A stretch of DNA of 64,000 bases from Candidatus Tenderia sp. GTDB lineage: Bacteria > Pseudomonadota > Gammaproteobacteria > Tenderiales > Tenderiaceae. The notes below the pieces were generated by a model. It saw nothing but the letters and a program-made list of their open reading frames with translations, did not search any database and was not told where the DNA came from. The translations under genes were made by a program, and so were the position numbers. Where the stretch lies: the NCBI GenBank assembly GCA_031416075.1, contig JANOSY010000045.1, positions 1-64,000 of the forward strand. Reading direction: 5' to 3'. Below, piece after piece: positions 19,186 to 30,673 of the stretch (position 1 is the first letter of the stretch; each line of letters begins with the position of its first letter).

Positions 19186-20250
19186 TTAAAAAATTCGCCG
19201 CACCAGCATAATCGCCACGGTTAAGAATGCTGCCGGGGCAGCCAGCACGCTCATCAGCGGTGTCAGGCCATAGACAACACCCACATGGCCGGTTGTCTGA
19301 TCGATCAGGTAGTAGGCAATACCAAACAGTGTGCCGACAAAAATACGCTGCCCCACCCCCACCGAGCGTAACGGCCCAAAGACAAACGGCACCGCCAGGA
19401 AAATCATCACCATCGTGGTTACCGGTAACATGACCTTTTTCCACAACGCCAGCCGATAACGGCTGGCATCCAGACCGTTATCACTCAGATACTGCACATA
19501 ACGATAGAGCCCTGGTCCGGTCAGTGCCGTCGGATCAACAGTGACCACACCGATCAGATCCGGCACCAGTAACGAGCGCCACTCCGTAGTGGGTCTGCTC
19601 ACCACACGAATACCCTCCATGCCAATCTCACTGCTGGAGACGTCGCTCAAATGCCACTGGTTCTCATTGAAGTCGGCACGTTTGGCCTGAGTCACTACCT
19701 TCAACTGATTGTGTTTATCAAACTCATAGATCGACACATTGGCCACCTGCTCAGACGAGATCAGATCACGAATATGGATGACTTTGTTACCATCACGCGC
19801 CCATAACCCCTGCTCGCTACGAAAGCTGGTCTTCTCCGCCAGCAGCTCCGCTTTAATGTTTTGCGCCCGCAACTCAGCCCGGGGGGCCACATATTCCCCC
19901 ACCACCGCCATCACCACCAGCAGCAGAATGCCTACCTTCATCACCGCCCAGACAATCCGTTTAATGGAGACACCCGCCGCCCGCATTGCTACCAGTTCGC
20001 TCTGCCCTGCCAGACCACCCAAGCCGATAATCGCCCCCAGCAACATCACAATAGGAAAGAGCTGATAGGCCAGCCCCGGCATCAGCAACAGACTATAGTG
20101 CATCGCATCGGCCAGGCCGTAACGCATCTTGCCAATGTTATCCAGCTCACCCGCAAATGCAGCAAAGGCAAACAGCGCCAGCAGTATCAACATCACCACC
20201 AGCGTGCTCTGCAATACCGCCCGGCCCACATAAAAATCGAGCAGTTTCAT
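19186..20250 (-). CDS. lptG: LPS export ABC permease LptG
   Basis: SELVAMRAAGVS, GLWARDG, PFVFGPLRS. Confidence 0.93.
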   Translation of the reverse strand: MKLLDFYVGRAVLQSTLVVMLILLALFAFAAFAGELDNIGKMRYGLADAMHYSLLLMPGLAYQLFPIVMLLGAIIGLGGLAGQSELVAMRAAGVSIKRIVWAVMKVGILLLVVMAVVGEYVAPRAELRAQNIKAELLAEKTSFRSEQGLWARDGNKVIHIRDLISSEQVANVSIYEFDKHNQLKVVTQAKRADFNENQWHLSDVSSSEIGMEGIRVVSRPTTEWRSLLVPDLIGVVTVDPTALTGPGLYRYVQYLSDNGLDASRYRLALWKKVMLPVTTMVMIFLAVPFVFGPLRSVGVGQRIFVGTLFGIAYYLIDQTTGHVGVVYGLTPLMSVLAAPAAFLTVAIMLVRRIF

Positions 20251-21386
20251 GATCTTGTCATCCGTGGTGCAGGCCGTTTATTGCCCAGCAGTGCCTTAAA
20301 ACCGCCGGCATGCTGGAACATCATCACCACCACGACCAGCAGTAACAGCCCATGCACCCACCAGATACCGATCAGCGGATCAACCTTGCCACGCTCAACC
20401 CAGGTGCGAGCCACCGCCAACAGATTGCTGTAGATGGCATACACCAGAATGCCGAGAAAAAACTTACCGTAACGCCCCTGACGGGGATTGGTCCGGCTCA
20501 AAAAGACGGCCAGCAGTGCCAACAACACCGCTGACAGCGGCATCGCCATACGCCACTGCAACTCCGCCTTATGCCGGGGATCATCAGAGGCCCAAAGCTG
20601 CGTGGTTGGCATGGTTGCCGTCTCACTGCTCTCCTGTGCCGTCACTGTCTCCGGCTCTGCAACCCGCACCTCATGCTCCCGATATTTGATAATGCGAAAA
20701 TCGGCCCGCCCCGGCACACCTTCGTAGCGGTAACCGTTCTCCAGCACTAGGTAACGGCTGCCATGCTCCCCTTCCCGCAGCCGGGCACGCTCAGCCACCA
20801 GCAGATTTTCAGCGCCGCGATGTATCCCTTGAATAAAAACATTCTCCATCGCATCGCCACTGTCCGAGAGGCGCTCCGCATAAAAGATCACCTCGCCCCC
20901 GGCCAGCTCCCGAAACTGACCCGCCGCGATACTCTCCAGGCCAATACTGGCCCCCAGCACCTCCTGCATCCGGTAACGTTCCACCTTGGCCAGTGGGCCG
21001 TAGTAGAGCGAGACAGCACCAATAATGAGCGCAAACCCCACTCCAAACCAGAATACCAGCCGGGTAACACGCAGCAGGCTGACACCACACGCCAACATGG
21101 CGACCATCTCGCTGTCTTTATATAGACGTCCAAAGGCCAGCAGTACTGCCAAAAACAGAGAGAGCGGTAACAAAAGCATCAGCGCATCCACTGATTTAAG
21201 CGCCAACAGTATAAAAACCACCCCTAACTGGAGATCGCCTGAGGCCACCTGGCCCAGCAACCGCGCAAACCAGGTACTGACAAAGATCAGCAGCAGCACG
21301 GTGGTCACCGCCACCAGCGTGGTGGCCATCTCCCGGAACAGGTATCGCTCAATAATCAAAGGGGGTATCCATAATATTAAATTCAA
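20247..21386 (-). CDS. lptF: LPS export ABC permease LptF
   Basis: IIERYLFRE, GRLYKDSEM, AELQWR, NPRQGRY; divergent from pepA. Confidence 0.93.
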   Translation of the reverse strand: MNLILWIPPLIIERYLFREMATTLVAVTTVLLLIFVSTWFARLLGQVASGDLQLGVVFILLALKSVDALMLLLPLSLFLAVLLAFGRLYKDSEMVAMLACGVSLLRVTRLVFWFGVGFALIIGAVSLYYGPLAKVERYRMQEVLGASIGLESIAAGQFRELAGGEVIFYAERLSDSGDAMENVFIQGIHRGAENLLVAERARLREGEHGSRYLVLENGYRYEGVPGRADFRIIKYREHEVRVAEPETVTAQESSETATMPTTQLWASDDPRHKAELQWRMAMPLSAVLLALLAVFLSRTNPRQGRYGKFFLGILVYAIYSNLLAVARTWVERGKVDPLIGIWWVHGLLLLVVVVMMFQHAGGFKALLGNKRPAPRMTRS

Positions 21387-21546
21387 CCAGTTACTGAAAA
21401 AATGCCGCCATTTAAGTAGACTCTGTCTACATAGCCACAGATCGCGCCAACAACGCGCTATTACGCCGTTTTTTGGAAAAGACCGGGCTGGTCCATTAAA
21501 ATCAAACTTTCAACATCAAACCGCCTGATACAAGGGGACATAAAAC

Positions 21547-23043
21547 ATGGAGTTTACTGCAAAAAGTGACAATCCAGAAAAACAGCGCACTGCCTGCGTA
21601 GTAGTGGGTGTATTTGAAACACGCCGCATCTCCACTGTTGCCGAACAGCTCGATCAACTCAGCGATGGTTTTATCTCCAACCTCATCCGCCGTGGTGATA
21701 TGGATGGCAAAATTGGCCAGACACTCCTGCTCCACAGCGTACCCAATACCCTCTGCGACCGCATCCTGCTGGTGGGGTGTGGCCGCGAACGTGAGCTGCA
21801 TGATGCCCAATACCGTCAGATCATCGCCAAAAGCGCCACCATACTCAATGAGATTGGTGCAATGGAGGCAGTCTGTTACCTCACCGAACTGCACGTCAAA
21901 GGGCGTGACAACCACTGGAACGTGCGTCAAGCCGTAGAGACCTTTTCCGATTCGCTCTACACCTTTGAACAGCTTAAATCGAAAAAAGATACCACCCGCC
22001 GACCACTCCGCAAAGTCACCCTGAGTGTCGCCAGCCGCCGTGATCTCTCCGATAGTGAAGCCGCTGTTAAAGAGGGCTTGGCCATCTCCCAGGGGGTCAC
22101 ACTGGCAAAAGATCTGGGCAATCTGCCCGGCAACATCTGCACCCCCAGCTACCTGGCCGATGCAGGCATAGCACTGGGCAAAGAGTACAACAGCATCACC
22201 ACCGAAATCCTTGAGGCCGCCGATATGGAGAAGCTGGGCATGGGCTCCCTGCTATCAGTCGCCCGTGGCAGCCGCGAGCCGGCCAAGCTCATCATCATGG
22301 ATTACAAAGGCGGCAAAATCGATGAAAAACCCATCGTTCTGGTAGGTAAAGGACTCACCTTTGACGCCGGTGGTATCTCCCTGAAACCGGCAGCGGCCAT
22401 GGATGAGATGAAATATGACATGTGTGGTGGTGCCAGTGTCTTTGGCACCATGAAGGCTATCGCCGAACTGAATCTGCCCATCAACGTCATCGGTGTAGTC
22501 CCCGCCTCGGAGAATATGCCCGATGGTGCGGCCAATAAACCCGGCGATGTGGTGACCAGCATGTCCGGCCAGACCATTGAGATACTGAATACCGACGCCG
22601 AAGGGCGGCTGATCCTCTGCGACGCCCTCACCTATGTTGAAAAATATGAGCCCGATACCGTCATCGACATCGCCACCCTAACGGGTGCCTGCGTGGTGGC
22701 ACTGGGCAAACACGCCTCCGGCCTGCTGGGTAACCACAGTCCACTGATCCACGACCTGCTGAATGCGGGCAAAAGCAGTGGGGACCGGGTATGGGAGCTA
22801 CCGCTGTGGGAGGAGTATCAGGAGCAGATCAAAAGCCCCTTTGCCGACATCGCCAACGTCGGTGGCAAAGAGGCCGGCACCATTACCGCCGCCTGTTTCC
22901 TATCGCGGTTTACCAAAAAATTCCAGTGGGCCCATCTCGATATCGCCGGTACCGCCTGGCGCAGTGGTGATAAAAAAAGTGCCACCGGTCGCCCCGTACC
23001 ACTGCTGACCCAATACCTGCTCGATCGTTGTGCCAGCAAATAA
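21547..23043 (+). CDS. pepA: Leucyl aminopeptidase
   Basis: [33 protein letters not shown]. Confidence 0.97.
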   Translation: MEFTAKSDNPEKQRTACVVVGVFETRRISTVAEQLDQLSDGFISNLIRRGDMDGKIGQTLLLHSVPNTLCDRILLVGCGRERELHDAQYRQIIAKSATILNEIGAMEAVCYLTELHVKGRDNHWNVRQAVETFSDSLYTFEQLKSKKDTTRRPLRKVTLSVASRRDLSDSEAAVKEGLAISQGVTLAKDLGNLPGNICTPSYLADAGIALGKEYNSITTEILEAADMEKLGMGSLLSVARGSREPAKLIIMDYKGGKIDEKPIVLVGKGLTFDAGGISLKPAAAMDEMKYDMCGGASVFGTMKAIAELNLPINVIGVVPASENMPDGAANKPGDVVTSMSGQTIEILNTDAEGRLILCDALTYVEKYEPDTVIDIATLTGACVVALGKHASGLLGNHSPLIHDLLNAGKSSGDRVWELPLWEEYQEQIKSPFADIANVGGKEAGTITAACFLSRFTKKFQWAHLDIAGTAWRSGDKKSATGRPVPLLTQYLLDRCASK

Positions 23044-23064
23044 ACCTTTGTATTCTCAACGCTT

Positions 23065-23511
23065 ATGACACGGGTCGATTTTTATATACTGACTGGAGAC
23101 GCTCACGCCAACCGTGAGCAGTTTGCCTGTCGCCTGGCCGAAAAGGTCTACCTGCTCGGCCAGGGGGTCTATCTTCATACCGAAAACGCAGCACAGTCGG
23201 CCATGCTCGACCAACTGCTCTGGAGCTACAAACAGAACAGCTTTGTCCCCCACGCCATTGAGGGCGAATCACCTGATCCAGATGTTGCGGTTTTAATAGG
23301 TCATGGTAGTGACACAGAGAGCCACAACCACGCCCAGAACCGCGAACTGCTGATCAATCTGGCATCAGAGATTCCACTCTTTTTCAGCTCATTCAAACGG
23401 GTTGTTGAAATCATTAACAACGACGAACAGGCCAAACAGAGCGGCCGCGACCATTACCGTTTCTACCGTGACCGTGGTTACACCCTGGAAAATCACAACA
23501 TCAGCCAATGA
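23065..23511 (+). CDS. holC: DNA polymerase III chi subunit
   Basis: [13 protein letters not shown]....SFVPH, R..YRFYR.RGY. Confidence 0.95.
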   Translation: MTRVDFYILTGDAHANREQFACRLAEKVYLLGQGVYLHTENAAQSAMLDQLLWSYKQNSFVPHAIEGESPDPDVAVLIGHGSDTESHNHAQNRELLINLASEIPLFFSSFKRVVEIINNDEQAKQSGRDHYRFYRDRGYTLENHNISQ

Positions 23512-26500
23512 AACCACCAAAATATCCCTCACATCCGACAGACGAACAGATTCCCGCAGTTCTCAGCAACGATGAGATCCCCGTCCTTCAGGATATTATC
23601 GCCACCCAGGCCGTGGCCCCCGAAAAGACCGCTGTTGCATCCACCCTGAAAAAACTGGTGGATGCGGCCATCGACATGCGCCTGGCGCGACTGGCAGAGG
23701 TCATCGAGCACCACTTCAACTCCCTGGAGCAGCTCCCAGGCACACTGACAGCCGCCGATATCGGCCGCGAACTTGGGTTGGTGCTGCGTAACAATACCCG
23801 TGGCCCTCTCCCGGCCATACACGACACTAAAACCGGCCCGGCAAATACGTTACAATCTGCGCCACCCAGAACAGCGGCGTCCACCGCCATGCAGACCGCA
23901 CTGCCCACCCCTTCGCCGTCAGTAGAGCAGAACTGGTACGAACAGTGGAAAAAGGCGAATACAGTACAAACAGCCTCCATCAACAATAGTCCGGCACCCA
24001 ACAGTGCCCCCCATGAGCGCACGGTTACCAAAACCGTCACTAAAATAGTTAAAGAAGCGACCACAGGCATGGAAAAAACCTACAACCCCGACGATATCGA
24101 ACAGCGCTGGTACCAGAACTGGGAGGAGAATAACTATTTTGCCCCGGCCAGCAGCAATGCTGCCGCCAGCGACACCCCCTCTTACTGCATCATGATCCCG
24201 CCGCCCAATGTCACCGGCAGTCTGCACATGGGCCACGCCTTTCAGGACACCATCATGGATGCCCTGATCCGTTACCACCGCATGAAAGGGGATAATACCT
24301 TGTGGCAGGCTGGCACCGACCACGCCGGTATCGCCACCCAGATGGTGGTAGAGCGTCAACTCAACGCCCAGGGCAAGACCCGCCACGACCTGGGGCGCAA
24401 GGGTTTTATCGATCAGGTATGGAAATGGAAGGCAGAGTCTGGCGGCACCATCACCCGCCAGCTGCGACGCATGGGGGCCTCGCTCGACTGGTCCCGTGAA
24501 CGTTTCACCATGGACGAGGGGCTATCCGAGGCCGTGCGTGAAGTCTTTGTTCGACTCCACGAAGAGGGGTTGATCTATCGTGGCAAACGTCTGGTCAACT
24601 GGGACCCAGTACTGCACACCGCCGTCTCTGACCTTGAGGTGGTATCACAAGAGGAGGATGGCCATCTCTGGCACTTCCGTTACCCACTCGCCAACGGCAG
24701 CGGCCATGTCGTAGTGGCCACCACCCGCCCTGAGACCATGCTCGGTGATACCGCTGTTGCCGTCCACCCTGAGGATGAGCGCTACAGCCACCTGATCGGC
24801 AAAGAGATTTCCCTGCCGCTGACGGGCCGTATGATCCCGATCATCGCCGATGACTATGTCGACCCCGAGTTTGGCAGTGGTTGTGTCAAGATCACCCCAG
24901 CCCACGACTTTAATGACTACGCCATCGGCCAGCGCCACAACCTGCCGATGATCAACATCCTCACGGAAGATGCCCGTATCAACAACACCCCGCCCGTACA
25001 GTACCGGGGGCTTGACCGTTTTGAGGCCCGTAAAAAGGTGGTTGCCGACCTTGAAGCCCTGGGGTTACTGGAAAAAGTACAAAACCATAAGCTAATGGTG
25101 CCACGCGGCGACCGCTCACAATCGGTCATCGAACCGCTGCTCACCGACCAGTGGTTTGTGAAAGTCGGCCCGCTGGCGGAGCCTGCCATCAAGGCGGTAG
25201 AAAATGGCGACATCAAGTTTGTACCCGACAACTGGAAAAACACCTACTTCGAGTGGATGCGTAACATCGACGACTGGTGTATCTCACGGCAGATCTGGTG
25301 GGGCCACCGCATCCCCGCCTGGTATGACGATGCTGGCAACATCTACGTCGCCCGTACCGAAGAGGAGGCCCGCGCCGAGGCCTTCCTGAAACTTGGCAAA
25401 GAGGCGACGCTGACTCAGGATACCGATGTGCTCGATACTTGGTTCTCCTCGGCACTCTGGCCCTTCTCCACCCTCGGCTGGCCACAACAAACCCCTGAGC
25501 TCAAGACCTTCTACCCCACCAACGTATTGGTGACGGGATTTGACATCATCTTTTTCTGGGTCGCTCGCATGATCATGATGGGGCTTAAGTTCACCGGACA
25601 GGTGCCCTTCAAAGAGGTCTATATCCACGGTCTGGTGCGCGACGGTCAGGGGCAGAAAATGTCGAAGTCAAAGGGCAACGTACTTGACCCCATTGACCTG
25701 ATTGATGGTATTGACCTGAGTTCCCTGATCGCCAAACGGACCACCGGGCTGATGCAGACCGGCATGGCGGCCAAGATCGACAAGGCAACCCGCAACGAAT
25801 TCCCCAACGGCATTCCACCGTTTGGTACCGATGCGTTGCGGTTCACCTTTGCCGCCCTGGCCTCCACCGGCCGTGACATCAAATTTGACCTGAACCGTGT
25901 CGAGGGTTACCGCAATTTCTGTAACAAACTCTGGAACGCCGCCCGCTATGTGCTGATGAATACCGATGGCCAGGATTGTGGCCAGCACGGTGGTGAAGTG
26001 GTACAGAGTCTGGCCGACCGCTGGATTCTCAGCCGCCTGCAGCGGACCATTGACGAGGTGACACAGGCGCTTGAAAGTTACCGCCTCGACCATGCTGCCC
26101 AAGCTATTTATGAGTTCACCTGGAACGAGTACTGCGACTGGTATCTGGAGCTCTCCAAAGTGGTGCTCAATAACAACGAGAGCAGCGTAGCGCAGCTACG
26201 TGGCAGTCGTCAGACCCTGGTACAGGTGCTGGAGAGCCTGTTACGGCTGGCCCATCCCCTCATGCCCTTCATCACCGAAGAGATCTGGCAGCGTGTGGCA
26301 CCCCTGGCAGGCAGTGTTGGAAAGACCATCATGCGTCAACCCTACCCCATCAAAAACGACAACCACCACAACCCGGCCGTTGAAGCGGAGATGGGCTGGA
26401 TGATGAGCTTCATCCTGGGGGTCCGCACCATCCGTGGTGAGATGAACATAGCCCCCGGCAAGCCGCTACCCGTACTGCTACAAAACGGCAGTGACAGGGA

Positions 26501-26858
26501 TCAGCGCCGCCTGTTACGCAGTAGCAGCTACCTCAACAATCTGGCGCGCCTTGAGTCAATCACTTGGCTGGAAGCCGACGCCATCGCACCAGAGAGCGCC
26601 ACTGCACTGGTTGGCGAGATGAAGCTGCTGATCCCCATGGCTGGCCTGATCGATAAAGAGGACGAGCTGGCCCGGCTCAATAAACAGATTGAAAAGATCC
26701 AGGGGGATCTGGGCCGTGTTGAGGGCAAGCTGAGCAACGAAAGTTTTATCAGCAAAGCCCCTGAGGCGGTTGTTGAAAAAGAGCGCCAGCGAATTGCCGA
26801 GATGCGCTCCTCACTGGAACAGCTGAACCTACAGCTGGTACGTATTCAGGCACTCTGA
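23508..26858 (+). CDS. valS: Valine--tRNA ligase with ~187-aa in-frame N-terminal extension (canonical start at 24069)
   Basis: [13 protein letters not shown] (HIGH), KMSKS, C-terminal coiled coil; canonical MEKTYNP begins at 24069. Confidence 0.95.
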   Translation: MKPPKYPSHPTDEQIPAVLSNDEIPVLQDIIATQAVAPEKTAVASTLKKLVDAAIDMRLARLAEVIEHHFNSLEQLPGTLTAADIGRELGLVLRNNTRGPLPAIHDTKTGPANTLQSAPPRTAASTAMQTALPTPSPSVEQNWYEQWKKANTVQTASINNSPAPNSAPHERTVTKTVTKIVKEATTGMEKTYNPDDIEQRWYQNWEENNYFAPASSNAAASDTPSYCIMIPPPNVTGSLHMGHAFQDTIMDALIRYHRMKGDNTLWQAGTDHAGIATQMVVERQLNAQGKTRHDLGRKGFIDQVWKWKAESGGTITRQLRRMGASLDWSRERFTMDEGLSEAVREVFVRLHEEGLIYRGKRLVNWDPVLHTAVSDLEVVSQEEDGHLWHFRYPLANGSGHVVVATTRPETMLGDTAVAVHPEDERYSHLIGKEISLPLTGRMIPIIADDYVDPEFGSGCVKITPAHDFNDYAIGQRHNLPMINILTEDARINNTPPVQYRGLDRFEARKKVVADLEALGLLEKVQNHKLMVPRGDRSQSVIEPLLTDQWFVKVGPLAEPAIKAVENGDIKFVPDNWKNTYFEWMRNIDDWCISRQIWWGHRIPAWYDDAGNIYVARTEEEARAEAFLKLGKEATLTQDTDVLDTWFSSALWPFSTLGWPQQTPELKTFYPTNVLVTGFDIIFFWVARMIMMGLKFTGQVPFKEVYIHGLVRDGQGQKMSKSKGNVLDPIDLIDGIDLSSLIAKRTTGLMQTGMAAKIDKATRNEFPNGIPPFGTDALRFTFAALASTGRDIKFDLNRVEGYRNFCNKLWNAARYVLMNTDGQDCGQHGGEVVQSLADRWILSRLQRTIDEVTQALESYRLDHAAQAIYEFTWNEYCDWYLELSKVVLNNNESSVAQLRGSRQTLVQVLESLLRLAHPLMPFITEEIWQRVAPLAGSVGKTIMRQPYPIKNDNHHNPAVEAEMGWMMSFILGVRTIRGEMNIAPGKPLPVLLQNGSDRDQRRLLRSSSYLNNLARLESITWLEADAIAPESATALVGEMKLLIPMAGLIDKEDELARLNKQIEKIQGDLGRVEGKLSNESFISKAPEAVVEKERQRIAEMRSSLEQLNLQLVRIQAL

Positions 26859-26869
26859 AACCCCCTTTG

Positions 26870-26902
26870 AAAGCGGCTCAGAGCTGTTCTGAGCCGCCTT
26901 TT
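26870..26902 (+). terminator. Rho-independent terminator after valS
   Basis: GCGGCTCAGA-GCTGT-TCTGAGCCGC followed by CTTTT. Confidence 0.8.
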
Positions 26903-27011
26903 AGCAACCGTCCCTACAAGATTCCCGACGCTGCCCGCTACTGTAAACAGGGTGCGCCCAAATCTAATTGCCATTGGCTGCCCCCCATCTCATGGACTGG
27001 AGCAGATCAAA

Positions 27012-27479
27012 ATGGAACAGACCCTACTCAAACAGACAGCCATGCTCACACTCTGCACTGCACTGCTGGCAGCACCGCTGCTCTGCCGCGCTGACCACCT
27101 TATCGCTCAGAGCGGTGGCGAAATTGGCATTCTGGGTGGTTCAGTATCACGCTCCGCCTTTACCGAGGCTGTGGTCAACAGCGAACCCAAAAGCCACCTG
27201 ATTGAGCTGCCCAACAATAAACAGTTCCTTTACTACTTCACCGAACTGAAGGGGATGGCGGGCCAGACGATCACTCACCGCTGGCTGTTCAACGGTGCCA
27301 CCATCTCTGACAAAAAATTCAATATTGGCGCGCCACGCTGGCGTGTCTGGTCCAACCTCACACTCAACAACGAATGGCTGGGTGAGTGGAAGGTTCAAGT
27401 CATTGACGAGATGGAGAGGGTGATACATAGCGACAGTTTTAACTACGTTCAAACCAGCGCCTCAGCCCGTAAACAGTAA
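27012..27479 (+). CDS. DUF2914-like exported protein
   Basis: Signal peptide; R..FT..V...EP, YFTEL, H.W, RWRVWS, G.W.V.V. Confidence 0.75.
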   Translation: MEQTLLKQTAMLTLCTALLAAPLLCRADHLIAQSGGEIGILGGSVSRSAFTEAVVNSEPKSHLIELPNNKQFLYYFTELKGMAGQTITHRWLFNGATISDKKFNIGAPRWRVWSNLTLNNEWLGEWKVQVIDEMERVIHSDSFNYVQTSASARKQ

Positions 27480-27488
27480 ACACTATAT

Positions 27489-28883
27489 TTAATCTATGGG
27501 GGGTGGCGGGTAGGCGCGGATAGGGGTCCGCTGAAAAGGTCCATTTACAGATGTAGCCGGTTTGGCTGGCGCTGATGATGGTGCGGCCGAGAGTTTCAAC
27601 TGAACTTCAGCAAACAGTACCGAATCACCACGCTCAAAAGCGGCCCCAGGGTTGTATACCCCCACCATGCCGTAGGCACTGAGATAACGGCTGGCACGCA
27701 GACCCAAAATCAGATCCAGCTCCGAACCCAGCGCCCGCTCCTTTCCCGTGGGTGATTGAATTACCTTTGAACGAAAACGGCTGTTCGCCGCTTGTTGCTC
27801 ATAGACATGATAGACAAAATCAATGGAGTAGCGTCGCTTCTCACTCAGCCCAAGACCCACTGTAGAGACGCGCAGATTGCTCAGCTCTGGATCACTCACC
27901 ACACCGTAATATTTAAATTTTGTGATGCCGTTAAAACGCCCCTCGTTATCATCCAGCCCGGTCTGGCGAAAGGTCTGATCACGGTTGTCACTTGAGTTGC
28001 CATCGCCCGATCCAACAGCGTGGGCCAGCGTCACTGACCAGCGCCGATTGGCACCAAACCGCAACGTTACGCCGGTATCGACGGCAAAGCCCTGACGCTG
28101 CCGGCTGCCGTTATCACCGCTGAGTGAGGCAGCCTCTAACCAGAGTTTGTGCCCAGAGAACCGAGTTTCACCACTCAGGCCCAGGTATTGGCGATCACTT
28201 TTTTCATTGATAGGGTCGTTACGGTAGAACACATACACCCCCAGTCGATCCTGACTGGTAAAGTGAAAATCAGAGCGCATCAGATAGTTATCCAGCGCCT
28301 CTCTGTCACTGTTAGGATTTAGGTTGCTGCTGCCTGAAAGCTCACTCTCCAGACGTCCAAGTTTAAGCTGAAGCGCTGCCCCATCAAGGTTTTCATCAAA
28401 CAGCCACTGCCGCTCATCAGAGAAGCGCTGACGCCCAATCTGAAGTGTTAGTGGCAACGACATGATCTGATTCCAGACGATATAAGCAGTGCTGATCTTG
28501 CGCTCTGTTACCGGCTCCCGTTCAGTTTTATCACTATGCAGCAGCTCCGCTGCAATAAAAACGCCAACATCTGGCGTGATAGCCAATGCCGCAGTGGTGG
28601 TAAGCAGTGACTCTGACGATCGCTGCCGGGCGGGTGCCGAACCCACAACATTGGCGTTATCACCATTTGCCAACGTCAATTTAAGCGCCGCGCCCAGGGA
28701 GAGCCAGGAGGTAAGATGAAAAGCTAGCGGGGGTAACGCGGCCTGGTCGGAGTCGACCACCTGATTGTCCACCTTAACCTGCCTGGCCGCAGGCATCTGC
28801 AGGGGTTCAGCAGCACTGCAGAACGGCATGAATACAGTGATGATGGCAAAGGTTATGCTGAAGCTAAAACAACATCTGATCAC
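27489..28883 (-). CDS. Alginate-export (AlgE-like) outer-membrane beta-barrel
   Basis: Signal peptide; IGRQRF.DERQWLFDENLD, GSGD, FRQTGL.DN...F.G....YYG....ELSNL, GSELDL. Confidence 0.8.
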   Translation of the reverse strand: MIRCCFSFSITFAIITVFMPFCSAAEPLQMPAARQVKVDNQVVDSDQAALPPLAFHLTSWLSLGAALKLTLANGDNANVVGSAPARQRSSESLLTTTAALAITPDVGVFIAAELLHSDKTEREPVTERKISTAYIVWNQIMSLPLTLQIGRQRFSDERQWLFDENLDGAALQLKLGRLESELSGSSNLNPNSDREALDNYLMRSDFHFTSQDRLGVYVFYRNDPINEKSDRQYLGLSGETRFSGHKLWLEAASLSGDNGSRQRQGFAVDTGVTLRFGANRRWSVTLAHAVGSGDGNSSDNRDQTFRQTGLDDNEGRFNGITKFKYYGVVSDPELSNLRVSTVGLGLSEKRRYSIDFVYHVYEQQAANSRFRSKVIQSPTGKERALGSELDLILGLRASRYLSAYGMVGVYNPGAAFERGDSVLFAEVQLKLSAAPSSAPAKPATSVNGPFQRTPIRAYPPPPID

Positions 28884-30673
28884 AATGGCCGCGCACCCGA
28901 CTGCTGATGCAGATAGAGTTCATAGTAGTCCCCCTTCAGGGCCATCAATTCACGCGCCCCACCCTGCTCCACAACGCGCCCCTGTTTAAGGACCAATACA
29001 TGATCATCATCATTGATGTAGCGAAAGTGGTGTGCAATCAGAATGGTGGTTTTACCCTGCTGTAACCGCCCGATCACCTCTTGAACTAACTTTTCGGCAC
29101 TGGCATCGAGCGCAGAGGTTGGCTCGTCCAATATCAGGATTGATGGCTGTTTAATCAACGCACGTGCCAGACCAATACGCTGACGCTGTCCGCCCGACAG
29201 GGTAGCACCACGCTCCCCCACCACTGTCTCGTAACCATCCGGCAGTGCATCAATAAACTCATGGGCGTAGGCGGCGCGGGCAGCGGCCTCAACCTCGTCA
29301 TCCGTTGCCTTCAGTTTACCGTAGGCGATGTTCTCACGAATGGTAGCCCCAAAGAGCACGTTATCCTGCAAGACAATCCCTATTTCACGCCGTAACGATT
29401 CACGTCGGTAATCACGCACATCATGACCATCCACAAACACCGTGCCTTCGGTCGGTTCGTAAAGCCGTAACAACAGATTAACAAGGGTTGACTTGCCCGC
29501 ACCCGAGGCACCCACCAGCACCAGCCGCTGCCCAGGCACAATACTGAAGCTGACATCTTTGAGTGTGTGCTCCCCTTCACTATAACCAAACGATACATGT
29601 TCAAACCGAATATCCCCTTTCAACGCCTGCGCCTCAAGCGCATCTGGCTGGTCAGGTATCTCCGGTTCTTCGTTCAGAATTTCACGCAATCGGTCAGCAC
29701 TGACTGCCGCCTTATTAAACTTCGATAACAACTTGGCCACCTGTCGCACCGGGTTGTACATGCGGGAGACATAAGCCGAAAATACCAGCAGATCGCCCGG
29801 ACTCATCTGCCCATCAACCGTCTGCAGCGCACCGTAAAAAATAGTAGCCCCCAGACCAAAGGCGCTGATAATCTCCGTTGACCGCATCGCCGTTGCCTCC
29901 AGGCGCAGGGCACGGATCCCCTCCTCCAGATGTTTACCGCTCTCGGTCTCAAACTGTTCAATCTCATAACGCTCACGGCCAAACGCACGGACCAAAGGTG
30001 CACTGTTAAATACTTCTCCCAACCGTGCAGCAATTTTACCTTCCCTCCGCCGCTGTTTTTTGATAGTGATTTTAATCCGACTATAAAAAAATATGAGTAT
30101 CAGCAGCAATAGGGGAAACGTAACGGCAGCAATTAACGCCAACTGCCAATTGAGCAGAAACATCACCACAAACATGCCGATGATAGTGAGCAGATGGGTA
30201 CCAAAGGCGAGTGCTGACTCGGTGAACGTATCCCGCAAGTTATGGGTATCACCGGTAATCCTGTTCAGCAACTCACCCGCACGAGCGCGGTTGTGATACG
30301 AAAGCGACAACCCTTGAAGATGCTGAAACAGCTCCCGTCGCAACTCAAATACCAACTGATATCCTATACGGGAGGTCTGAAAAACCTGAAAATATAAACA
30401 TGCTGCCTTACCTAGCGCAATCAACACAATTAACAGCGCCAGTATTGCAAGTGCTGTCACCGTCCCATGTTCCAGCAGACTATCAAGAAACGAGAGTCCC
30501 GGACTCAGCGGTTTTTCAAGCAGAATGTGGTCAAACAGAATTTTGAGAGGCCACGGTGCCAGCAGCTCTAAAGCCACCACAGACAGCGTACAGAGTATCG
30601 CCAGTAGCAGCCCCCCCTTCATCCGTCCCAGATGCGCCAGCACCAGACGACTCAGCCGGTCGCGCTGTTTCAT
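28880..30673 (-). CDS. ABC exporter, fused TMD+NBD (MsbA-like fold)
   Basis: LLAPWPLK..D TMD; Walker A GASGAGKS; LSGGQ; ILILDE. Confidence 0.92.
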   Translation of the reverse strand: MKQRDRLSRLVLAHLGRMKGGLLLAILCTLSVVALELLAPWPLKILFDHILLEKPLSPGLSFLDSLLEHGTVTALAILALLIVLIALGKAACLYFQVFQTSRIGYQLVFELRRELFQHLQGLSLSYHNRARAGELLNRITGDTHNLRDTFTESALAFGTHLLTIIGMFVVMFLLNWQLALIAAVTFPLLLLILIFFYSRIKITIKKQRRREGKIAARLGEVFNSAPLVRAFGRERYEIEQFETESGKHLEEGIRALRLEATAMRSTEIISAFGLGATIFYGALQTVDGQMSPGDLLVFSAYVSRMYNPVRQVAKLLSKFNKAAVSADRLREILNEEPEIPDQPDALEAQALKGDIRFEHVSFGYSEGEHTLKDVSFSIVPGQRLVLVGASGAGKSTLVNLLLRLYEPTEGTVFVDGHDVRDYRRESLRREIGIVLQDNVLFGATIRENIAYGKLKATDDEVEAAARAAYAHEFIDALPDGYETVVGERGATLSGGQRQRIGLARALIKQPSILILDEPTSALDASAEKLVQEVIGRLQQGKTTILIAHHFRYINDDDHVLVLKQGRVVEQGGARELMALKGDYYELYLHQQSGARPL

